Assembly (NCBI GenBank): GCA_937896065.1
Contig: CALBLI010000031.1
Coordinates: 1 to 60,705 of the forward strand
DNA length: 60,705 bases
Direction of reading: 5' to 3'
DNA from: an uncultured Bacillales bacterium
GTDB taxonomy: Bacteria > Bacillota_I > Bacilli_A > RFN20 > CAG-288
This document shows, piece by piece, positions 27,270-37,700 of this stretch. A model generated the notes under the pieces. That model saw only the letters and a program-made list of their open reading frames with translations. It had not been told where the DNA came from and ran no database searches. Numbering within the stretch: position 1 is the first letter of the stretch; each line of letters starts with the position of its first letter. A program made the position numbers and the translations under genes.

Positions 27270-27485
27270 TTATTTATCCCTTAAATATTATACCATTTTT
27301 AAGATAAAAACGCTAGCTAGATGGCATAATTAAACAAAAAAATTAAAAAAATATATCTTTATTTTTTTAATGGTTAAATATATCATTAATAAACAAATAA
27401 TATCACTTAACAACTTTATTTTTATTTTAAAGTTTCTTACTTTTCTTTACATTTTTTAAACTATTTTAAAAGAGGATAAAAAAGA

Positions 27486-28106
27486 CTACTTTTTATGAAT
27501 AAATAATAAAAGAATACCTTCTTTTATACTTATTATATTATCGCTGTTTTTAACAACATTTGAGATGCCAAGTGGAGTATCTAAACTCATCTTACCCTCA
27601 TAATCATATTGATAACCAACTAATCTAACATCGCTTTCATAACTGAGTGAAAGTAATGAAAATTTAACTCCAACTGTTGAAAAAACATAACTAGAATTAT
27701 ATTCTTTTGATAATAAAATAACTTCTTCATCATCAGAAATTAAAATAGCTTTCTTTCGTTTCTTTAAAAGATAATAAAGAATCGAATAAGAAGAAAAAGT
27801 CATATCATTTCTATTTCCTAAGCAACCATAAAATGTGAAATCGTCATATCCTTCATTTAATAAATATTTAACAATATAGAAAGTATCAGTATCATCTTTT
27901 TGAGGGTTCAATTCGATAACTTTTTTAGCATATGAGAAGTCGCTGATCTTTAATGTATCAAAATCACCAACAAGCAGATCACAGGTAATTTTATTATCAT
28001 AAAAATGCATATATCCGTTATCAACAGCAACTTTATAATAATCATCATCAAAAATGATGTCATCTTCTTTAAAATAAGATGCAGCTACTATCAATACTTT
28101 CTTCAT
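27486..28106 (-). CDS. thiN: Thiamine pyrophosphokinase
   Basis: VAVDNG...LLVGDFDT...PQKDDTDTFYIVKYL...FYGCLGNRNDMTF matches the TPK catalytic domain. The C-terminal half has the thiamine-binding beta-domain pattern. Confidence 0.75.
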   Translation of the reverse strand: MKKVLIVAASYFKEDDIIFDDDYYKVAVDNGYMHFYDNKITCDLLVGDFDTLKISDFSYAKKVIELNPQKDDTDTFYIVKYLLNEGYDDFTFYGCLGNRNDMTFSSYSILYYLLKKRKKAILISDDEEVILLSKEYNSSYVFSTVGVKFSLLSLSYESDVRLVGYQYDYEGKMSLDTPLGISNVVKNSDNIISIKEGILLLFIHKK

Positions 28107-28664
28107 TTAAATCACCACTCCTGGCAGTTCGATCCCTTTCTTTTTAGCTTCATTATAAACTTGATTAGCTTCTTCATAATGATGATTCTTTTCTAATATT
28201 AACATCATCCCATAATATCCTTCTTTAAAATTATATTTAGCAGCATTTTGATAATATTTAAATGCAAGTTTTTCATCTTTCTTTATAATATCTCCATTAT
28301 AAAGATGATTAGCATAAGCTAAATCAGCTCTTGGAAAAGATGAATCAATTATCTTGAGCAAGCAATCTAGTGCATATTTTTTATCTTTATCTAAATAAAG
28401 TAAATACAAATAATAATAACCTATTTTATTATTCTCACTTACAGCTTTCTTAGCTTCTAAAATCGCTTCATCTTCAGTCAAAAAGAAGATGCTATCATCT
28501 TTAAAATAATCATCGAGCAAAATTAAATGATTCAGTCCATCGAAATTACTTGAATTTTTGAAAATATTTAAAACATCAGTTATCTTTTCATCGCTTGAAA
28601 ATGGATTAGTTGCTGTTTTTAAAAGGAGCAATAGTTTTTCTCGTTTAGATATTTCTTTTTCCAT
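28107..28664 (-). CDS. Sel1-like/TPR repeat protein, cytoplasmic (185 aa)
   Basis: Repeat pattern ADLAYANHLYNGDIIKKDEKLAFKYYQNAAKYNFKEGYYGMMLIL. No signal peptide. Abuts the TPK gene with no gap. Confidence 0.55.
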   Translation of the reverse strand: MEKEISKREKLLLLLKTATNPFSSDEKITDVLNIFKNSSNFDGLNHLILLDDYFKDDSIFFLTEDEAILEAKKAVSENNKIGYYYLYLLYLDKDKKYALDCLLKIIDSSFPRADLAYANHLYNGDIIKKDEKLAFKYYQNAAKYNFKEGYYGMMLILEKNHHYEEANQVYNEAKKKGIELPGVVI

Positions 28665-28681
28665 ATATTATTATTTTAACA

Positions 28682-28718
28682 TAAAAATGACCTTCTATCT
28701 TCTTGATAAAAGGTCATT
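28682..28718 (-). terminator. Rho-independent terminator of the giant-lipoprotein operon
   Basis: 8-bp stem atgacctt (28687-28694) / aaggtcat (28710-28717). On the minus strand a T-run follows. It lies about 10 nt beyond the TAA of the 1988-aa gene. Confidence 0.7.
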
Positions 28719-28725
28719 TTTTATA

Positions 28726-31700
28726 TTATCCAACGACTATATTGAATACTTGTGTAATGTTATTTACTTTGACAGTCAGTTGACATTCACCTATTGCATT
28801 AAAGGTTAATTTAGTACCATTTACTAAGCAAACACTTGGTTTAGAAGAAGTGATTGATAATAGACCACTACTTATTGCATCAGCAATTGAAGGAACGTTG
28901 CTGCCTTGTAAGACGATAGCTAAATCCAAAGTCGTACCCTTAGTATGTTTAGCTTCAATTTCAGCTTTATTGGTAACAGTAAAGTCAGAAATAACTGGTG
29001 CAGCAGTTAATGTGATATATTTACCCACTCCATATCTATCATTGCCTTCAGAATCAAATCTAGTAAATGGATTGACAAGCATACCAGCTGTGTCGGTTTC
29101 TAAAGTAGCTGATCCATAAGTAAATTTAGAATTGGCTGGTAAACCAGATAATTGTTTACCGCAATATACATCATCAAAATGAGCAATCTCAGTGCCAGCG
29201 GCATTGACAAATTTTAAATTAACAAATAATTTTTGATATTCTTCATCTAGTTCTTCTTGATAAACAGCTCTAAATGATAAGTCTTGAGTTTCACTGAAAA
29301 CATATTCTTGATCTGAATAAATCTTTTGGGTTGAATCTCTTTCATTTTGCCAATATAAGAATTTATAATGTTTTGGTAAATATTCACTGTTGCCATCTGG
29401 CATTTGAACCTTACTTCCAACATAGACATCTTGTTTAGCATTTCCATTATCGTCAAAGTAAGAATAGATTTGTGATTCATTACCTTTATCTGAATTGTAA
29501 TAATTGAATGTTACACGATAAGAAATAGCTTTCCATTGAGCAGTTGCAATCAAATCAGTGATTTGGTTGAATGAATTGAAGTTGATTGATTCATCAGCTG
29601 CTAATTCACCATATAATTTTTCACTAGCATTGAAGACATGTTTATATTGCCATGAAACAAAGGTGAAACCTTTTCTAGTAGGTGCTGAAAGTGGTGTAAA
29701 TGGTTGACCATATGTACATGACATAATAGTAGCTACATCATCAGAAGCATCGCCTTCAACTAAGCCATCGACATCTTTACTTCTATTTAAATCAAAGGTG
29801 ATTGTAAATGTCTTAGGTTTACCATAAGCAGTTAAACGAATTTCATCACCTGAATCTAAATCTTGGTTACAAATATATGAATTTAAATCAACTATTGAAC
29901 CATTATCTAAGACAAATTGTGGAACACTAGCATCGAAAGCATAAGCATTTGCTGAAAATGGTAAATCACTTCCATCAACGTCATATTCCTTGCCTGGGAA
30001 GAATTGTTCATATGGATATGTAGCAAGAATTTCATTAAATTTTTGACCAAACTGAACTTCCTTACTGGTTTTAAAAGCACCATTAACATCATAATAACTT
30101 ACTTTATAAGTTTTAGCTACCCAGTTAGCTCTCAAATTGATATCAGTATCAAAAGTATAAGTAAAGTCTTCTCTATAAACTGTTCCATCATCATCTAACC
30201 AACCATTTAAGATATAGCCTTTCTTAGTATAGTTTTTAGGTAAAAACACCTTGTCATTAAAATTGACAGTGACAGCTTGAGCATTAGAACCATTATTTGG
30301 TGAATAATTGATAACATATGAATTTGCAAGCCATTTAGCTTTCAAAATCAAATTCTTATAAGTTGCACCATTAACTTCAATAGTTGGTGGTAAAGAATCA
30401 GTAGTTGATACTAAAGTTTCAGTCGTGATTCTAGTTGTACCATAGAACCAACCACCGAAAGTATAACCTTTCTTCACAGGTGTTGGTAAAGTACCATATG
30501 CAACTTTGAAATTGGTTTTTCTATCGGCAATATTATTTCCTTGTGAATCTTTAGTAGTAGTCACTCCATCTTCTTCTTTAAATGATAAATAAACTTCTTC
30601 ACCAGTCCATGATAAGACAGCAACAAATGATTGATGAATACCAAGTTTCTTAAATGACTTATTTACTAAGTTGTTTGTTTTAGCTAAATCCGCATCTTTA
30701 TTAGAGATAATGAAATTAGTTATAGCAGCACCAGTTAAATCAAATAAAGATACCGTATATGATGTACATCCAACTGGAGCCGTAAAATCAGGAATAGTAT
30801 AAGTTGCATCAAATCTAACTGTCTGTGTGATAGTAGATTCAGTTGAATCATTATTTAAAATATATGTGATATCATATTCAACTGTTTCCCACATTGCTGT
30901 TAATATGATGTTATTATTAGCACCAGTGAAGTTGACAACATTGTCTTTTGTAATTTTAGTATCACCATAATACCAACCTAAGAATTTATATGATGGTGCC
31001 TCAAGTTCAGGAGCAGCATCACTTCCAAAAGTATCAGAATAATAGACAGTCTTAGTTGATTTCCAAGCAAGAACTGTTGAGCTGTTTTTAATTGTTGGTT
31101 TATCAGGATCACTTGCTTCATTATTAGTTAAATAAGTGACAGTGATTGCCTGCTTGACCCAAACAGCTTTAAGTTCAACACGATCAGCAAATTTAACTCC
31201 ATTTACCTCACTTAAAATTTCAGAAATCTTTTTAGCAGTGGTTCCAGCATAACCGACAATTAAAACACCACTACCAGAAGCATCGTATCTTATATCTGGA
31301 TTAGAGCCATCAGCTTTAGGTGAAAGCTCAAGGACCTGATCTTTTAAATAAGTCCAACCTAAGAATTTGTAGCCATCTCTTGTAGGATCAGCTGGCAAAT
31401 AACAAGTACCTGTTACTTGTGTTGTACCAGTTTTACCTAAGGTATCATTATAGTTCCATGTTTGAGTTATATTATCATTACCATTTCCATATAAGAAAGA
31501 AACAGTAACTTTTTTAACATCAAATTTTAAAGTGATCTTTTGATCTTTAGGACTATTTAAAATGCTATCTTTAGTGAGTTGATTTCCAAATTCATCATAA
31601 TATCCGATGAAAGAATATAATGAACTATCATCTTCTTTATAATATTGACTAAAGTTTTCAATGGTTTTATCTGCAAAATCATATCCCCAAGTCACAGCTT

Positions 31701-34692
31701 GATCAATTTTTTTATCAGTTGCATCATATGAAGAAGTTGAAAGAGCAGTCAAATATCTTGCTTTAAATGTTCCATTGTTGATGTCTTGATAGGTTGTCGA
31801 AGTAGCCGTTTTAATTTCAGCTCTCAAAGTGACATTATAAGCATTACCTCTGATATCAGCTGTCAAGGTATGATTTCCATAAGCAAATAAATATTCATGA
31901 CCATTAATAGTCTTATCATTTTTAATATATAAATCACTTCTATCAACATTAGGATCAGTTGGAATTTGTTCGAGCCAACCTAAGAATGTGAAATAATTAT
32001 TGGCAGTAGCACTTTTAGTGTTTGTTGCTTTAAATGAGAAACCGTTATAAACATTTGTAGTTGTATCACCATCAGTCTTTTCATAATAGGCAGAATAGAA
32101 AGGATGATATGCTACATATGAAATAGGATCTAATTTAGTGCCATTTGTGACATTGAAATTGACAGTATATTTCTTTGGAACATATGTCAAAACAAAATTA
32201 GTATCTGCTATAACATTTTCAATATTTGATTCACCATCGATAATATGACCATCTTCATCACATGGGAACCACTTTTGATCAAAAGCAGCAAAATAATCAG
32301 CTGTAAAGAAATCGTCATTTCCAGTTGTGAATCTTAAGCCACCTTCAGCCATCATCTTTGTTCTATCGATAATAGGAGCAGAAGCAGCTGTGCCATCAGC
32401 TACAAGTCTAGTGGAACCGATTTGTTGAATTGTTCCAGTTGTTGAATTGATATAATAGAAATTGACACGATGCGAATTATTTTGATTGACAGTTAGTATT
32501 GCATCAATTGGATCTGGATCATAATAATGTTCAGGATCAGTTGCTTTAAAATAGGCAGTAGCTATTTGACTACCAACTGTTGATCTGACATTATTTACAA
32601 CAGCTGAAACAGTAGCAAGAGGTTTACCATCTTTCGTTGGAATAGCACTTGTTATAGGATTGATGGTGACTTCTTCACCAGAAACAAAACCTTGAACAAC
32701 ATCTGGGAAAACTCTATCCTTATCAATCACGATTCTTAATTTATTGATTGTCAAATAAGAATACATGTTTTCAATCTCTTCATGAGTAGAAGGAACAGTA
32801 AAGATAGCTTCAACTAAATAATTGCCTGGTTCAACAGGGAGAGTATTAAAATGAGTATCATCCACTTGATCAGCAGGTAATGTTACATCATATGTATATA
32901 AAGTTGATGTTGAAACATTACTCTTATCAGTTGTTGTTTTATAAATATAATAAACATATTTGACTGTGACATCAGCTGGAACATTGCTTACCTCAGGATA
33001 TGGTTTATAAGAAGCGTTGTAATCAAATGATGTGGCTGAAAAAACCAAATCATCATCATAACTACTTTCAACAATAGTTAAAAAAGCTGACATATCACTT
33101 GCATATTTAGTACCGACTTTATCAGTAAATTTGGCAATAACTTTATAAACACCTATTTCACTTGGTGCTTCATCAAGCTCACTTACAGTATAATCAGTTT
33201 TGCCTTCTTCTTTTGTTAATTTATAATAAGTATAATCAATATTGATATCGCTAGGTAAATTGCCTTCAACAGCTAAAGTTTTAGCCTTTCCATCGTAAAC
33301 AAAGTTTTTAGAAATAAAACTCATAACTGATGTATTATTTCTAATTACATGTCCATATATAGTAATATCACTTGCTACAGTACCAAGAGAAGTGACTCTT
33401 GAGCTTTCAGAATAATCAGGTCTTAAATACCAACCTTCAAAATAATAGCCATCATTAACAACAGGTGCAACAAGATTGTATCTATTAGAACTATCAGGCA
33501 CTTCGCCATAAGTATATTCAGTGATATTATCATTGCTAATAAAATTAGATAATGAATATGTTACTTTATATTTTCTTGGTGTGAAAGTAAAATAAATATC
33601 AACATTTTGAGTTACATTGAGCAACTTATTTTTATTTTCATCAGTAAGCGAAACAATATAACCTTCAGCAATAGTCAATTTCTGAGCACGACTGATAAGT
33701 TCATCAGCAGTAAGTGGACAATTATCACCACCAGAAACCGTAATAGAATCTAATATTTGAGTCTGATTGCGATAGAAAGAAATCTTAACACCATTGGTGA
33801 TTCTAACTCTCATATTGACAGTTATTGATGATGGATCTTCATAATTTTTATCTTGAGATGTAAAATAAATTTTAACAATATTGATACCTTCTTCTGTTCT
33901 CTCATTATTAGAATAGAAAGCTTTGAGTCTGGAATCAAGACCAGCAACTATTTCAAGACGGTGAGTTACAACAGGTGAATAATCATAATTGTAATATGTT
34001 TCACCACCTTCAATTGAAGTTGAGTCAGCATTGAATCTTAAATTGGCTTTAATAGCAGCCATATCAAAAGTTTTCTTTTTGATGGTGATTGTCGCTTGAG
34101 CTGTATAATGTGATACACCGGTATTTTTATTATATACTCTAGCAGTTACTGTATATATACCAGCATCAACTTTACCATTATTTTCATATTTTACAGCAAA
34201 ACCATCAGGAATAACGCTCTCTTCATTATCAATATAAATAGAGTGCTCATTTCCATCATATTCAAAAGTTTTTGCATTGAAAGTGATTAGTGAATACCAA
34301 TTGATGGTTCCATCATTTGGAGCTTTAATAATGAGTTTAGCAGTTTTATCTTTGTAAAGAGTTCCATCACTACCTTTAAATTTAGCAGTAACAACATTTG
34401 TACCAATGGCAGTTCTAGTATTGTTTTCATAAGTAACTGTGACTCCAGCTGGGAGGGAACTTTCGTCACATTTTAATACTTTTTCTTGTCCATCATAAAT
34501 GTATGTTGCATCATTAAAAGCAACTCCGACATCTTTATAAACAGATTCAGGTATATTTTCATTTTTCTTATCTTCATTGCTTGTTGCATCTTGTGACTTA
34601 TTAGCAGTTGGTTCACAACTTGTAACAAGTGGCATAATCATAGAAGTTAAGACGGCTAAAGAGAATAATTTAGATTTTTTGTTGTTTCTCAT
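28726..34692 (-). CDS. Giant surface lipoprotein, 1988 aa: lipobox, MBG-like modules, Flg_new-type repeats, C-terminal Big_2-like Ig domain
   Basis: GGAGGA (34706-34701) lies 8 nt upstream of the ATG at 34692 (MRNNKKSKLFSLAVLTSMIMPLVTSC), so the track start at 34710 is rejected. MBG-like YIYDGQEKVL...GVTVTYENN and FEYDGNEHSI. Repeat signatures YYFEGWY, FTFLGWL, YKFLGWT, YKFLGWY, YTFGGWF, YILNGWL. The C-terminus ITSSKPSVCLVNGTKLTFNAIGECQLTVKVNN is Big_2-like. Confidence 0.9.
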   Translation of the reverse strand: MRNNKKSKLFSLAVLTSMIMPLVTSCEPTANKSQDATSNEDKKNENIPESVYKDVGVAFNDATYIYDGQEKVLKCDESSLPAGVTVTYENNTRTAIGTNVVTAKFKGSDGTLYKDKTAKLIIKAPNDGTINWYSLITFNAKTFEYDGNEHSIYIDNEESVIPDGFAVKYENNGKVDAGIYTVTARVYNKNTGVSHYTAQATITIKKKTFDMAAIKANLRFNADSTSIEGGETYYNYDYSPVVTHRLEIVAGLDSRLKAFYSNNERTEEGINIVKIYFTSQDKNYEDPSSITVNMRVRITNGVKISFYRNQTQILDSITVSGGDNCPLTADELISRAQKLTIAEGYIVSLTDENKNKLLNVTQNVDIYFTFTPRKYKVTYSLSNFISNDNITEYTYGEVPDSSNRYNLVAPVVNDGYYFEGWYLRPDYSESSRVTSLGTVASDITIYGHVIRNNTSVMSFISKNFVYDGKAKTLAVEGNLPSDINIDYTYYKLTKEEGKTDYTVSELDEAPSEIGVYKVIAKFTDKVGTKYASDMSAFLTIVESSYDDDLVFSATSFDYNASYKPYPEVSNVPADVTVKYVYYIYKTTTDKSNVSTSTLYTYDVTLPADQVDDTHFNTLPVEPGNYLVEAIFTVPSTHEEIENMYSYLTINKLRIVIDKDRVFPDVVQGFVSGEEVTINPITSAIPTKDGKPLATVSAVVNNVRSTVGSQIATAYFKATDPEHYYDPDPIDAILTVNQNNSHRVNFYYINSTTGTIQQIGSTRLVADGTAASAPIIDRTKMMAEGGLRFTTGNDDFFTADYFAAFDQKWFPCDEDGHIIDGESNIENVIADTNFVLTYVPKKYTVNFNVTNGTKLDPISYVAYHPFYSAYYEKTDGDTTTNVYNGFSFKATNTKSATANNYFTFLGWLEQIPTDPNVDRSDLYIKNDKTINGHEYLFAYGNHTLTADIRGNAYNVTLRAEIKTATSTTYQDINNGTFKARYLTALSTSSYDATDKKIDQAVTWGYDFADKTIENFSQYYKEDDSSLYSFIGYYDEFGNQLTKDSILNSPKDQKITLKFDVKKVTVSFLYGNGNDNITQTWNYNDTLGKTGTTQVTGTCYLPADPTRDGYKFLGWTYLKDQVLELSPKADGSNPDIRYDASGSGVLIVGYAGTTAKKISEILSEVNGVKFADRVELKAVWVKQAITVTYLTNNEASDPDKPTIKNSSTVLAWKSTKTVYYSDTFGSDAAPELEAPSYKFLGWYYGDTKITKDNVVNFTGANNNIILTAMWETVEYDITYILNNDSTESTITQTVRFDATYTIPDFTAPVGCTSYTVSLFDLTGAAITNFIISNKDADLAKTNNLVNKSFKKLGIHQSFVAVLSWTGEEVYLSFKEEDGVTTTKDSQGNNIADRKTNFKVAYGTLPTPVKKGYTFGGWFYGTTRITTETLVSTTDSLPPTIEVNGATYKNLILKAKWLANSYVINYSPNNGSNAQAVTVNFNDKVFLPKNYTKKGYILNGWLDDDGTVYREDFTYTFDTDINLRANWVAKTYKVSYYDVNGAFKTSKEVQFGQKFNEILATYPYEQFFPGKEYDVDGSDLPFSANAYAFDASVPQFVLDNGSIVDLNSYICNQDLDSGDEIRLTAYGKPKTFTITFDLNRSKDVDGLVEGDASDDVATIMSCTYGQPFTPLSAPTRKGFTFVSWQYKHVFNASEKLYGELAADESINFNSFNQITDLIATAQWKAISYRVTFNYYNSDKGNESQIYSYFDDNGNAKQDVYVGSKVQMPDGNSEYLPKHYKFLYWQNERDSTQKIYSDQEYVFSETQDLSFRAVYQEELDEEYQKLFVNLKFVNAAGTEIAHFDDVYCGKQLSGLPANSKFTYGSATLETDTAGMLVNPFTRFDSEGNDRYGVGKYITLTAAPVISDFTVTNKAEIEAKHTKGTTLDLAIVLQGSNVPSIADAISSGLLSITSSKPSVCLVNGTKLTFNAIGECQLTVKVNNITQVFNIVVG

Positions 34693-34723
34693 TATTAATT
34701 TCCTCCACAAATCATTTTATTTA

Positions 34724-37700
34724 TTAAGCATTTGGTCCAGTATTACCAGTAAGACAGTTAATAAATCCTTTCCTATCTTCCTTAAGTTCAGTATCTGAAC
34801 AGATATTCTTGAAATCATTATCACCATTTGTCTTCAATCTAAAACGAATTATCATCTCGTTTTGAATAGTTGCAGCACCATCTACCATATTAATTGGGAA
34901 TGAAGAATTTAAGAAGCCAAAATAGTTAGAATCTAATGAAATTTGATTATAATCACTAGTTGTACCATTAATTGTTATATCAAATGTTTCCACTCCGCTC
35001 AAGGTAGCTTTAGTTTTATATTTAATAAAAGTATGTATCGCTATTTTCTTCAAAGCAGAACTGATATTAACAGATGTCAAATTTTGATTATAAGCAAAAC
35101 AACCTTCACCAATATTTTCAACACTTGAAGAAAGTGAAACAGATTTAAGACCTGTTCTTGAGAAAGCATATTTACCGATAGTCTTTAAAGCTGATGAATG
35201 AGTAAATAATTCCAACTTACCAACACAATAGAAAGCATAATCTTTGACTTCAATAAGAGAAGTACCATCAAGGTTACGGATACTATTTCCATTAGCTTTC
35301 AAATCAGCAATAGGAGTTGTTGATCTATCACCGTTCTCAAATTTAGCAAGTGACATTGGTGTTGAGTATTTGCTTCCAAAAGTGATATGAGCCCAGTTTT
35401 CAATTGTGCTTTCATATTCAACTGAGGTTAGTTGATTTTGCCTGATAAAGTAACCACTTTTTGCAAGAAGTTCATCAGTTGCATATCTTTCAACGCCGAT
35501 ATAGTTTCCACCAGTAGCTGGACAATCTCTATCATCTGTAATCTTAAAGCAATCTTCTTCAAATTCATTAATATTAGCTGGAACAATTACTTTATTTAAG
35601 TAAGATAGGTTAATAAATGTGTACTTTTTGATGATGGATACTTTTGGCAATTGTAAAGTGGTACCTACACTATCAATCCAGGACATTTGAAGTGTTTGAA
35701 GATTATTCTTGTAGAAGCAGTTTTGATAGACTAAATACATTGGATTACTTGAAACATCGTTAAATTTAATATTATTCCATGAAGCAACTGTTCCAAGATA
35801 ATTGACCTTAGTAAGTAGTGGACAATCAATGTTTAATGCAGCTACGTTAGAACCATTCATAATAGCAAAGGCACCTTTTTCAAATTCAGTGATTGTATCA
35901 GGAATAGTGATAGCTTTAGCAAAGTCCTTTACTTTTTCAAGACCATTTTGATTGTTATATAAGAAGCTAGCACCAACTTTATTTATCTTGTAAATAGATT
36001 CAGAAGAATCACCCATCATAACATAGCTAGGTAACCAAATATTTCCATTTGTCTTATATAAGGCATTAGTGCTTGTAGCAATATTGTTACCATTTAAACC
36101 AGTAAGTGTAGCTGTTTTAGTTTGAGCATCATCTGCAAATTCAAAGAATTGAGTATTAATCTTATTTTTAAGATAAACAAGACCAACAGAGAAAACAGAA
36201 CCATGTTCAGAATAGCTGTATGCGTCTTCTTCAGAATCAAGGTTTGTATAAGCGGCAGCAAAGGCTTTTGATGTATAACGACCATTTGCATAATCTGCAA
36301 AACAATAAATATCTTTTTGACTTCCTTGTTCTTTAGCTTTTTGTGATTTGATGACGAGTGCAAATTGAGTAGGATCAAGTCCTAACTTTTGCAATAACTT
36401 GATTTGCAAACCAGCATCATTGTCACTTCCTAATAAAACTTTATAGAATGGCGTACCATTTGTGATAGCAAAATCATATACACCAGCTGAATCTTGAATA
36501 TATTCACTTGTGATGTTATTGATATTGAACTTAATCTTATATGATTTGTCAACAAAGACCGCTCTGAATCTGATTGAATATGTATCATCAGCAAGAGTTG
36601 TCGTACCTTTATCATCTATTGAGATGTAATTGAAGTTATCAAGAGTGACAGAACCTGAATTAATAATAGTTTCAGTTTCGACTTCTTCAAAGGTTTGACC
36701 AGTTTTCTTTAATTTGATAAGTCTCCAACCAGCAAAAGTTTTACCTTCACTAGCTTCGATTGTAGGTAATGTGAATTTTTGTGAATAACTTGCTTCAGCT
36801 GTACTGAATAGTTCAGTATTATTGTAATAAGAAATTTCAACTTTCTTTGGAACATATGTGATTGAAGCTGAAACATTTGAAATACTGCTATCATTTGCTA
36901 AAATTTGATCAGCAAAGTCTTCTAAATCAACAGTTTTAGCAACTTTTCTTGCAGTTACAAGTTTATTACCATCATTAAAATCATAGATACTATCATCTAC
37001 TTCCATAGTAACAGTCCATTTACCAGTATTGTAGCCATTCTTTTCTTTTATTTCAGGTAATGATATTTCAACCAATTTCTTACTTGAACTATCAAAATAT
37101 TTAAATTTCTTATTTCCAGTTGTTTGATCAACATAAATCTGATATCCGAATTTGTTAGTTTTATAGAATTCAACAACTTCAGCATCAACAATTTCCTCAG
37201 GTTTGTTAGTTAAAACACCAACTCTTTGTCCATCACTATTTAAACCTGAGAAGGTGAAATTGACAGGACTCTTTTCATATTCAGCCAAAATATATACTTT
37301 AGTACCAACTGGTATTGTTTGAAGAACATAATTACTATCAACTTTCTTATAAATGCCATAATTATTGACAACTGTATCATTATTGACAGTATATTCAACA
37401 TAACCAGTTCCTGAACTGATATAGTATTTTTCACCCTTTTCATCAGTTCTGACCCATTTCTTAAAACTATAACCATCTAAGACAGGATCATTTGGTAATA
37501 ACAATTTAGCACCATATGTTTGATTCATATTGGTAGTTGAATTTGTTATTTGTGTTTCTTCAATGGTAAGATCAGTGAATGTTTTAGTAATTTCAGCACC
37601 TGTATTAGGATCAATAACTTTTCTGGTGCCAGTTTGATTTGTCTTACTTACTTTAGTTTTTGACTTAGTAGTAATAACTGAATCAATAACTTTAGCTCTG

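Noticed and set aside
27270-27485. Possible oriC remnant upstream of yaaA-recF, where dnaN would normally sit.
   Set aside because: Only a partial box is present (TTATCCC at 27274-27280), and there are no repeated DnaA boxes or an obvious DUE arrangement. The region is most simply a promoter region.
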